From positions 1 to 64,000 of IMG/VR virus record IMGVR_UViG_3300021963_006415: a stretch of 64,000 nucleotides of DNA. The stretch is one strand, 5' to 3'. The stretch comes from a virus. The notes under the pieces are model-generated. The model saw only the letters and a program-made list of their open reading frames with translations. It had not been told where the DNA came from and ran no database searches. Within the stretch, counting starts at the first letter, position 1; the number at the start of each line of letters is the position of its first letter. Below are positions 37,288-48,000 of this stretch, piece by piece. A program made the position numbers and the translations under genes.

Positions 37288-38742
37288 TTAAATTTTAATT
37301 GAATGTATGAATATGTTTTCTTTTATTTTTTTAGTATCTTTTAAATCATATGATACTGTATTTAATCCAAATTTATCGGTATTTAAAACACCAGATGCTA
37401 TTTCGTAGAAAAATATTTTTTCATTTTCTACAAAATTTTCATCCTTTTCATCCCACTTATAGTTATCTAATTTAAGGAATTTTTTTGAATTTTCCAAAAT
37501 TTCAAAATAACCAGGAGATTCTTCCGGCATATCAAATTTGTAAGATACGTTTATATCTTCTTTTTCAATTTCTGATATAAGACCCGTAGATATTCCTCTC
37601 ATATTACTTTTTGATTTTTTAGATACATCTACATAAAAATCTCCAAATCTTTTATCAAATGGAATGTTAATTACAGGTTCAAATGTAGTGGTTTTTTCTT
37701 TATATCCATCTACATATATTTTTTGAATTTCCGATTGTTTTAGGGCATAATCAAAAATTAATAATTCTGATATTTTTCCTCTTAGATTATTTTTATACTC
37801 TAAACTGCCTACCCACACATCACTTTTAGATGAATTTAAAATATTTGATGATATTGGTAATCTGCTGACATCTTTACCATTCATATATAAAATCATTTCT
37901 GAATTATTCAAATCAACTGTAAGAGCTATGTTAACCCACTCATTACAATAATTTCTATGTGGAAACCATATTTGTTGCAACTCTTTTTTATCGTTCCAAA
38001 TTTGTGCAACTACTGCTTCGTTTTTCATAACGAACAATCCAATATCATATCCTTTTTTACCTACTATACAAGCATTTTGTATTTGATTATCATTTATATA
38101 AACATTAGCAGAAATAGTAAAAGAATCATTAAATGTTAAATCTGTAATTTTATTTGATTTAATAACCCCACATATATTATCACTACATAAAAACGGATAT
38201 ATTGTTTTTTTAATTTCTCTATTTGCAAGTTTATTATCAGTCAATATGTGTGGTTTGTATATGTTTTTTGTAAAAAACTTACTTAGATTCAAATATCCAC
38301 TTTTATTCAATCTATAAAGTAAATCATTCCAATGAAATACTCCACCCCAATAATCATTACTAAATCCGTTTATTTTTTGAAATTGTTGTTTGTTTATTTT
38401 AAATGCACCACCAATCCAATCTGCGTAAGGTCTTAAATTTGGGCACAAATGAGTTGGTTTATCCGAATACCAATAATCACATCTTTCATCTTTTGGTAAT
38501 ACATCTATATCCTGAAAAACGAAATAGTCGTGGTCATCTTTTGTTAGTTCAAATCCTATATTACACAATTTACCATAATTAAAATATAAATCAGCATACT
38601 TTTGATTCATAAAGTGGATAGTATAATCCATTTTATCTTCTAAAAAATATTCCATATGACCGGAAAACTTATACATTTCATCTAAACGATTTTCTGTATA
38701 AGGTACTATAATAGCTAATTTTTTACCTTTTGCATCTTTCAT
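37288..38742 (-). CDS. Divergent GT7-like protein with LamG insert (catalytic motif altered)
   Basis: IVPY, FNYG, QDIDV, NGFSNDYWGG followed by VFHWND instead of EDDD; FGLNT C-terminus. Confidence 0.75.
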   Translation of the reverse strand: MKDAKGKKLAIIVPYTENRLDEMYKFSGHMEYFLEDKMDYTIHFMNQKYADLYFNYGKLCNIGFELTKDDHDYFVFQDIDVLPKDERCDYWYSDKPTHLCPNLRPYADWIGGAFKINKQQFQKINGFSNDYWGGVFHWNDLLYRLNKSGYLNLSKFFTKNIYKPHILTDNKLANREIKKTIYPFLCSDNICGVIKSNKITDLTFNDSFTISANVYINDNQIQNACIVGKKGYDIGLFVMKNEAVVAQIWNDKKELQQIWFPHRNYCNEWVNIALTVDLNNSEMILYMNGKDVSRLPISSNILNSSKSDVWVGSLEYKNNLRGKISELLIFDYALKQSEIQKIYVDGYKEKTTTFEPVINIPFDKRFGDFYVDVSKKSKSNMRGISTGLISEIEKEDINVSYKFDMPEESPGYFEILENSKKFLKLDNYKWDEKDENFVENEKIFFYEIASGVLNTDKFGLNTVSYDLKDTKKIKENIFIHSIKI

Positions 38743-39599
38743 TACAAACTTATAATTTTTTTACTTAAATGATTCCAATTTTTATAATTTTCATAATTTG
38801 GAGTTGAACACATTTCAAACATATAATCCTTATTAGAAACATCTACTATGAATCTATTATCTTTAAGAGCATCATACATTTTTTTATATTCATCCGAATA
38901 TGAATATTCACTATTAATATCTGCTACGGCTTTTAACCTTCTTCTTACTGTTGAATCCCATTTAAAGTGGTGAACTTGAGTAAAGTTTTTTTCTATTGGA
39001 TATCTAAATGGGTGATTCCATCCTTTCCATTTCCAAGTTGTTTCATTATCTATAATCGCATAATGTTGACCATTTGAAACCTCTACATTTCCTTTACATA
39101 AGGTAACTTTATTTGGACAAGCTCCACTCATTGGGTGTCTAAAAAATCCAGCCATTGGAAATTCTTTCCAAAGATTAGTATCATCATCTATTGATGGAAA
39201 ATCACCATCTATACCAATTCTATCTATAAATCCACCTGTTACAAATCTCCAACCATTTATTTCACAATCATCTATTATTTCTGAAATGGGTTTTGAATAT
39301 AATTGTAATTCATCATCATCAGCCACAATCCACCAATCATCTGGAAAAAGCAACTTTGTTTCATTGTATAGCTTTGTAACCATTTCCCAATCAAATGGTT
39401 TATGTGTTTTTACTTTATGAATTTCTAATCCAAAATCAGAGCATATTTCTGCTATCTCAAATTCTATTTTCTTATTTGTTTCGGAGTTTTCATATACAAC
39501 AACAAATATATCGCTCACTATATCTTTATAGTGATTTAATTGATGCCGTAATGTATTGGTACGATGGCCCGTAACTGTTACCAATTTTGGTTTAATCAT
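38742..39599 (-). CDS. GT-A fold glycosyltransferase (GT2-like)
   Basis: LNHY, WWIVADDDEL, GQH, VHHFKW. Confidence 0.65.
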   Translation of the reverse strand: MIKPKLVTVTGHRTNTLRHQLNHYKDIVSDIFVVVYENSETNKKIEFEIAEICSDFGLEIHKVKTHKPFDWEMVTKLYNETKLLFPDDWWIVADDDELQLYSKPISEIIDDCEINGWRFVTGGFIDRIGIDGDFPSIDDDTNLWKEFPMAGFFRHPMSGACPNKVTLCKGNVEVSNGQHYAIIDNETTWKWKGWNHPFRYPIEKNFTQVHHFKWDSTVRRRLKAVADINSEYSYSDEYKKMYDALKDNRFIVDVSNKDYMFEMCSTPNYENYKNWNHLSKKIISL

Positions 39600-39622
39600 A
39601 ACTTATTATATATGTATATATA

Positions 39623-40381
39623 TTACTTTTTACTTAATATTGCTAAACCCGTACTTGTTGCTTTGGATGTAAAAGTACGAAAATTTTTTAAATTTACCAA
39701 ATTCCATTCACTATTATTTTCCAATTCTTTAATAAATTTTGCGGGTCCATCAAATGGAACAAAATCTTTTTTAGCTTCTTCGGCTATAATTAATGTATCT
39801 TGATATTTTTGGTCTGTATCGTGTATTGTTATAATACCATTTTCTGACATTATGGTTGAATATAATTCAAAATCTTTTTTTACACCTTCATAAGAGTGGT
39901 CACCATCAATATGTAAGTAATCAATTTTAATATCTTGTCTTACAAAATAATCATAAAATGCTCTTTCAGATGTTTCTAAAATAACTTGTGGTTGAAAATG
40001 CTGTCTTAAAAAAGAATTGGTATCTGTCCAATCGGTATATCCCCCCACTCCATTTGAAGCATCTACTATAATTGTAGTTCCTATATCACCCCATTCATTT
40101 GTATTTTTCCCTTCAAAAATACCTTGCTCCCATAAATCATATCGTGATTGTGTCATAAGACGTGGTATAAACCCACCGCCAGTTCCAATACATACGCATA
40201 TTTTTGCTCTAATAAATTGGATAAAAGAATATATTAGAATACCATCTCCTAAATGTAAATCAGTTGCACCATGTGTCCATCTATATGAAACAGGATTTCT
40301 TATTATAATGCCATCGGTATTTATATAATGATTATTTGTTAAATAATCTTTTACTCTATTTAAATTGATAAGGCTTTGCAT
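39623..40381 (-). CDS. Class I SAM-dependent methyltransferase (Methyltransf_24-like)
   Basis: IGTGGG, LHIDGDHSYEGVKKDF, GIITIHDT. Confidence 0.85.
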   Translation of the reverse strand: MQSLINLNRVKDYLTNNHYINTDGIIIRNPVSYRWTHGATDLHLGDGILIYSFIQFIRAKICVCIGTGGGFIPRLMTQSRYDLWEQGIFEGKNTNEWGDIGTTIIVDASNGVGGYTDWTDTNSFLRQHFQPQVILETSERAFYDYFVRQDIKIDYLHIDGDHSYEGVKKDFELYSTIMSENGIITIHDTDQKYQDTLIIAEEAKKDFVPFDGPAKFIKELENNSEWNLVNLKNFRTFTSKATSTGLAILSKK

Positions 40382-41349
40382 ATTTCTTTAATCCATTTTT
40401 GTTTATTACTATAATCACTTAATCCATTTCTTAATTTAGAAAATTCTGAATTTATTGTTTCAAAATCATCTTCTAATATTTTTAAATATATGTGATTAAA
40501 TTCTTGCTTTGTGTTTGCTCTGTATTTGTAATCAATATGCTTCATCCAATCGGTGTGTATTATTGGAACTTTACCATTATCAATTGCATCAAATATTGCA
40601 TACCCAAATGGTTCTTTTGTATAACATCCGTGAAATATCTGAAAATTTCCATCAAAAAATTTCTGATGAAATTGGTAATCAAATTCTATGAATCTATGAT
40701 AATGAGAATTTATTTTACTACCTTCTAACATTCTTTTATAATCATATTTGTTAGAAAATATAATTGAAGGAATATTATCCAAATAATGTGCATTTTTTCT
40801 TGTCTCACATCTTGCAGCGTAACCAATTTTATTGCTGATAATTCCTACAAATGGTTTGTTATTTTTCCATTCATAGTAATTTGCTATGTTAATAACGTGT
40901 GGATAACTTTGATGTATATTATCATTTTCGTATCCTATCCAAACTATATTATTTGAATTATCTAATATTTGTTTTTGCCATTCCCAATCTATTTTAGTCA
41001 TTAGATTTTCATATTCATCATTCAACCCCAACATATCAGGAATGAAAGCATGAACAAATGTTGTGTGAGTTTTGTGTAGATATTTTTTGATTATGGGATT
41101 TGGCTTATAAGAATGATGTAAAAATACTATTTTATCACATGAATCTAATAAAGCATCTACTTTTCCATCATTTTCGTGAGTATATAACTTATAAAAGTTT
41201 TCTTTATTATTTACTAATGGTCTACCATCTATTAATAATACAAATTGCTCTTTTATTAAAGGGAAAATGTTTTCTATAAAGTTATTACACCATATATCCG
41301 AACCACCTACAACATTTTTTCCGTAACCTGTTGTTATGAATACTATCAT
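40360..41349 (-). CDS. GT-B fold glycosyltransferase (GT4-like)
   Basis: VGGSDIW N-terminus, ARCETRKN, EPFGYAIFDAIDNGKVPI. Confidence 0.7.
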   Translation of the reverse strand: MIVFITTGYGKNVVGGSDIWCNNFIENIFPLIKEQFVLLIDGRPLVNNKENFYKLYTHENDGKVDALLDSCDKIVFLHHSYKPNPIIKKYLHKTHTTFVHAFIPDMLGLNDEYENLMTKIDWEWQKQILDNSNNIVWIGYENDNIHQSYPHVINIANYYEWKNNKPFVGIISNKIGYAARCETRKNAHYLDNIPSIIFSNKYDYKRMLEGSKINSHYHRFIEFDYQFHQKFFDGNFQIFHGCYTKEPFGYAIFDAIDNGKVPIIHTDWMKHIDYKYRANTKQEFNHIYLKILEDDFETINSEFSKLRNGLSDYSNKQKWIKEICKALSI

Positions 41350-42065
41350 AAAGTTTTAAAATAAATGTTTTTTTCTATTATAGATTCAACATATGTATTA
41401 ATATTTGAATCGTTTCTACCAAAGCAAACCTTTGGATGAAAATTTTCTATATAGTTTTCTAAAGTGCAATTTGACCAAATTTGTATTGCAAATTCTTCAA
41501 TTAAAGTTTTTAAATTTTGATTTTTTGCAATTTGTAATAATTCAGTAGCTATGTTAGGATTTGATATGTAAATAAATCCAGCATTTGGTATTATATACGT
41601 TTCATCTTTTGACCAAGAGTATTTTTTTATTAAGTGTGATATATTATAATCAAATGATTCAACATCTTTATTAGAAGATTGTAATTCATTTATAGTATAT
41701 TCATATATTGGTGCTAAAAATATCTTTGTATTAAAATAGTTGAAAAAATCATCATCTAAATTTTTATATAAATTATAATCCCAATCTAAAAAAAGTATTT
41801 TTGAAAAGTTTTTAGATGCTTTTTCTATTGCAATTAATTTATGAATGAATTCATATAAAAATGATGTATATTTAAAATTTAATTTATTTCTATCGCATAG
41901 GATAGTAGTATATCCCATCGAATCCAATTGTAATTTATTTTCAATACCCCATACATATACAATTTCATTATATTGTGGTGTATTTGGAATTAATGATAAA
42001 TCCATATCTCCCCAAACTGCTCTAACAAATTTAATATCTCTCGTATTTTGCGGTGTTGTAATCAT
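41346..42065 (-). CDS. Putative GT-A glycosyltransferase
   Basis: HKLIAI...ILFLDWD (DxD), PNAGFIY, IEE. Confidence 0.5.
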   Translation of the reverse strand: MITTPQNTRDIKFVRAVWGDMDLSLIPNTPQYNEIVYVWGIENKLQLDSMGYTTILCDRNKLNFKYTSFLYEFIHKLIAIEKASKNFSKILFLDWDYNLYKNLDDDFFNYFNTKIFLAPIYEYTINELQSSNKDVESFDYNISHLIKKYSWSKDETYIIPNAGFIYISNPNIATELLQIAKNQNLKTLIEEFAIQIWSNCTLENYIENFHPKVCFGRNDSNINTYVESIIEKNIYFKTL

Positions 42066-42066
42066 A

Positions 42067-45000
42067 TTATTGATTTTCTAATTCTAAAATTCTTTCCTCT
42101 AATTGTTCTATTTTTATAAGTAATTCTTTTATAGCAGCTGTATTTAATGCTATTATTGCATTGTAATCTAATGATAATACATCGCTTAAATTATTTATAT
42201 TTCCTACATTTTTTATTAAAAATGGAAATTCATTTTGTACTTCTTGTGCTATGAATCCATATGAATCTCCCTTATCTGTCAATGGTGCAGTTATATCATT
42301 CCACAAAAATGATTTTGGATTTAACTTTTCAATTTTTACTAATGGAGATTCCAAATCTCTTATATTAGTTTTTAATCTTTCATCCGAAGATGATAGAACG
42401 GCAGATGTATATAAAGCTCCATTTATTCTAACATCTCCCAAAAATGCAGCACTATATGCAGTTCCACCTACTGTTGCAACCGGTCCGATTTGAGCAAAAC
42501 CACCGGCTGATGATACAATCATACCATTTACACCAATAGAAGTTTTTTCTTCTGCTGATGTTATATCAATTGTAGGAGAACCTCCGGTGATACCAGTCCA
42601 AGCAAATTGACCAGAAAGTGTTACTGAACCAAATGTGAAAGCAATATATTGAGATGATATTGTTCTCGAAATATCTACAACAGCATAATAAGTTCCACCC
42701 GATGTTAATCCTGAAAATGGTACTGCTGCCGTTCCTGCTGTTATAGCTGGGTGGGTGTATGGTGATGTTGCGGATGATAAATAATCACGTTGAGAGAAAA
42801 CCGTAACTGTTTTTGATGTAACATAAGAACCTCCCGATGTATATATTGTTACGGTAACTGTTTGTAGGGTAAGATTCTGAACACTTCTAAAATTTGCTAA
42901 AGTTTGATTCCATTGTGATTGACCTGGTACCGCAGTTCCCGTATATGGTACATTTACAATAATCGCAGTACCTCCTATTGTGAAGTTTCCAGTTGTGGCT
43001 GATGTACCAAAAGTATTACCTACAGTTTGTTGATAGTTAAAGCTACTAAATAGTGGATTTGCACTTGTATCGGTAGTACTTGGAAATGTCGCTGATGTAG
43101 ATGTGCTATTTGTTGATAAACTATCTTTTGTAATTTTAATTTTTTCAACACCACCACTTGATAATGTTATGTTACCATCGTTATACAATATAGTTTGACT
43201 ATTATTGGATGAAAGGGTTGTAGAACCAATCGTCCAACCACCAATAGTTCCCGATGTTGATTTTAAAACACCCGTTGGAGTTACACTAAATGGTGCGTTA
43301 GCAAATGTTATATTTCCTAAAGAAATTCCGCTTGAATTAGCTATAAAAATACTAGTAGTTCCACTACCAATAGAAATAGTTCCACCATTAAACGTTGAAG
43401 CATTCATAGTTCCGGTGATGGATAATGCACTTCCATTGAAAGTTAATTTATCTCCCAATGAAAATACATCGGTAGAACCGGATGCAAAATAAAATGGGGT
43501 ATCGGTATTATTATAATTTCCTGTACCTACAAATATTTTTTTATTAGTACCATCCAATGTAATACCACCACTACCAACTTTAAATACAGAAGAAATATAT
43601 CCAGCATTACCAGCTATAATTGGCGATGAAATTGATGTTGATGTTATAAACGTACCACTACCACCAACCCAACCACCATTTGCTAATAGGTTTACGGAAG
43701 CACTTGCAACGGCTAAAGCGTTTGAATTTGCAGTAGCAATAGCTGCTGCTTGTGCGGCACTAGCTGCATTTGAACCAGAAGTAACGGCATTATTTGCGGC
43801 AGTTTGAGCAAATAGTTGGGCTGCAGATGCTGATGCCGCAGCATTATTTGCGGCTGTTTGCCCAGCTAATGTAGCTGCTGTTTGAGCTGCTGATGCTGAA
43901 ATAGAACCCGATAAAGCTGCGTTTGAAGCGTATAGTGAGCCAGATGATACTGCGTTTGAGCCAACAGTATTTGCATATGTTTGTGTTGCCGCATCTCCAC
44001 CTGTAACACTAATAGAACCTTTTATTTCTAAATTAGTTCCTGTCCATTTTATATATGAAGTACTTCCATTTACAATACTAAATTTAGAAAGATTACTATC
44101 TCTACCCAAAAATATACCATCATTTGCATATCCTTGCGTTGTTTGGCCAACCGATAAATATGGATTTGTAGTGCCACCGGCAAGTGTGATATTTGCGGAT
44201 GAAACTCCACCACTATTATTAGTACCAATATTTAATGTACTTTGAACAAATGAATCTTCAAATAAACCTATTTTTGCTGCAACAAAGAAATCTTGTGTAC
44301 CTAAGTTTTCCCAACCCGTTTGTGCAGTTTGGTTTGGTGAGCCATCGGCTACGTTTCCTGTTGTGGATGTATGTTGTCTAATTGCTGCATAATAGTTTTC
44401 ATATGGTGCTACACCCGTTGGACTCCAAAGAACCACATCTCTGCGGCCTGTTCCTGCGCCCGTACTAAATTGGTAAGCTCTGTTAGCTTCCCAAACTCCT
44501 GTGAATACAACACCCGGACCTGTTTGACCATCTAATGTAACCGATACCGTATGTGTTTGAGAAACAGTTGCCGATGTACCGGCTGCATTTACATACACTA
44601 CATTGAAAGTCACAATTGTTCCAGCGGTTGTTGTTGGTGTTGTTGGTGTTATTGTTGCACCACTATTAGTACCACCTGATAACGATGTTATTCTAAATGT
44701 TGAATTTGCGTATGGCGATGAATCATCGTATGTGTATGTAGTACCTCCCTCAATTACACTAACAACAAATGAACCAGGCGTTCCATATGTTCCCGTATTA
44801 CTTCTCGTTACAATTTGTGATGCAGGATTTAAGTTTATTACAACCCCACTTTCACCTTGCTTTATTTTTGAAGCTCGTATTGTTATGGTTTGTGTTTGAC
44901 CCGTTGTACCTTCACTATCCGTATGCGTTACAGTCAATGTTACCGATGCTTCATCTGCATTCATTACCGCCGATGTCATTGTAAGTGTATTACTACTTAC

Positions 45001-48000
45001 AATTGGAGCGATTGAAAAGCCAGATGAAGAAGCAATAGCCATAGATGTAAATCTATTAGTTGTACCTTCTAAAGCCGTTATTGTAACGTTAGTAAGTGTG
45101 CCGGTTTGTGTACCAGCTGCATTTGCTGCAACAGTTTGTGATTGTGGAGTTGCTGAAATCGTAACGCTTGGTACTGCTTTTTTAACTTTAGTTAAAGATA
45201 TTGTATCACTTAAAGTTCTACTTTGTCCTTCCGAATCCGTAACTGATGCGGTAATTGCTACACTAGCAGCATTTGTTCCATTTGCTAAAGTTCTTCCTGC
45301 TAAAGTTACTAAACCTGTTGAATTATTTGTAACAATGTTTGCTAAATCAGAGCTACTACCACTCAATAGTATTAATCCTAAATTTGATGTAGAACCATTG
45401 TACGTTTCTGCGATAGTTACAACCGCATTTGCAAAAGAATCAATTTGTTCGCCAGTTGATTTTGCTGAAACAGATTGTGCTTTATTTGTTGTTGATAACG
45501 TTAAAGATGGTGCTGCTGCTTTTGCCTTTGAATACGTTACAACTTTTGTTATATCAGTTGAAGTTCCTCTACCATCTTTATATCTAACAACTAAACTTAA
45601 AGAACCACTATCAGCTGTTAATGATGTAATTCCATAAGTTGCGTCATCCGGCGTTGTATCATTTGGAGTACAATTTGTACCTGTTGCCGAAATTATATCA
45701 AATCTATTATTTGTTGATAATCCTTCTTCTCTTGTAATATCTTCACCACCTACTTTTACACTCACCGAACCACTTGTTGCAACGAATGAACCACTTGCTA
45801 CCCAACCCGTAGAACGTGCTGGCAAAGTTGCGTTTTCGTTTGTTAAATTTACTGATATTTGAGATTCAGCAATAACCGATGATAGTGTAACTTCGTCATT
45901 ATATGCGGTGCCATTTAAATCATATGCTGTAAATGTATATGTTTGTACGCCGGTACTATATTGGTAATTTGAGGATTGCCCAGCTGAAATTGTATAAGAT
46001 GTAACACCATTTCCTTCATAGTTTGGTGCTGATAAAGCAGGAACTCCACTACCGCTTGTTACAGTTATAGTATTTGTTAAACTTCCTAAGTTTAATCTTT
46101 TTGCTAATATTGTTATGGTTTGTGAAGATGGGATAGGCGATAAATCAGTCATTTTATAAAAAAACTGATTTGCATCCGATGTTGCTATTAATCCTTTACC
46201 CTTATCACCTTTTAATACTGCATCAATTGTTACCGATGAAGTAAAATCTCCATCAACAGTATCATATTTAAAATCATAATGGGATTGTCCAAAATCATAA
46301 ACATATCCACTTCCCGAAATTGGTGTTGCACTATATGGATGTGTAGATGAAGTTACAAATAATCTATAAACAGTCGCATTTCCAATACTTTCTATTTCAT
46401 GTAATGGTGGTGGTGTTCCAACTTCAGAGCCTGATGTGATATTAAATCCCTCATCTTCATATGATGGTAAATTTTGTCTTACCAAACGAATATCAATATA
46501 ATCATCGACTATATCCGATTTGTATCTATCATCCGGGTCAAATACAAAGCTATTTTTATCTGCCGTAGCATAAAATAATCTTGCAGGTGCACCTTGGTCT
46601 ATTCTAAAAATTGTAAAGTATCTATTAACATCTTCGCAACTGGCAGTATATGTAATTGCTCCAACAGTTACCCCTAAAGCAGAAGAACCTGTAAAGTTTG
46701 CTAAAGATAATGTTCTTGTATCAACATCGACATAATCTAATGTTCCGGGCTGCGGTGTTACTGTAATCAAATTTCCATTTACATCAACTGATTGTGATTG
46801 GAATGTAACAGAGCCAGTTAAACCTGTTTTTGTAAAATCAATTGTTACGAATTGTGGAAAAACAGATGCTGTTGAAAAGTTAAATGAATTATTAGAAACG
46901 TTTAATTGCAAATCTCTTCTAACATCAACATCATTACCACCACTAAAAGTAAATTCTTCTTCTAATAAAACGGGAACGTAATTGTTATTTATATCGTATA
47001 ACTCAAATTTAAAATCAAATGTTTCATTATTGATTTTAACAGGCACATTTACAGTCAATGTAATTTCATTTGGAGAAAAAGATGATTCTTGTGCCGCTCT
47101 TAAACTTATATCACTAATATGCCATACACCACCCTTTACAACATATACTAAATTACCAACACCATCCGAATCTGGTTTAAAGTTTATTTGTTGTTTATCG
47201 TATTTTCTAAATTGAGTATTTGTTGTTAAATCTCCAATTTTTTTTCCGTAGTTTGTTTCTAATGATGTTGGAGTAAACGCAGAACCACTCATATAAATTT
47301 CAATACCACCAAATGTATCAGCTGCCGCAGATAATAGTGGTGTAAAATCCAATTGATATTCTGTATTCTTTGTGAAGTTTATTGATTCTTTATTATAGAA
47401 CTTAAATAATCCAACCGATGAACTATAATCACTTTGTGGTGTTAATAAAACCGATTTTAAAAGAGTTGTATTATCAACACTAAGATTTACGCCGGTTTCT
47501 ATTGCCGATGATGTCCAAAATGATGATAATATAGCGTTGGTAAATAAACCGGTTCTAACATTTAGTTGATTTGCAAAAGATGATGTTAATAATAACTCAT
47601 TACTTTCTAATTGAACATCTTCTAATAATTGAAAATCTCCTAAATCATTTTTAGAACTCGCATAAACTTTGATTCGGTTTACATCACCACTAAATGTTTC
47701 TAAATCGGTAATATTAATTGTAGCAAATGATGAATTGATTGCTGAATCGGTTAATGTAACAGTTGCATCATATGACATTGTATATGATGCCGATGTAAAT
47801 GCGGTAACCGAATAATAATTTGGTAAAGATGAGCCTGTTATATAATATGGAACATCAACAAACGCTTTTTTGTTTGTTGTAACATCGGTTATAATTGGGG
47901 AGTATGATTTAGCTAATCCGTTTATTTGAATGGTTTCTCTTTCCATTGATTCGGAAAATTGAGATAATCCATTTAAAGATAGTTCGTATCGTGATACTCC

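Noticed and set aside
14742-42065. Island as bacterial contamination or chimeric assembly
   Set aside because: Same strand and near-zero gaps with phage genes at both ends, and no export or polymerase genes; read mapping would still be the decisive check
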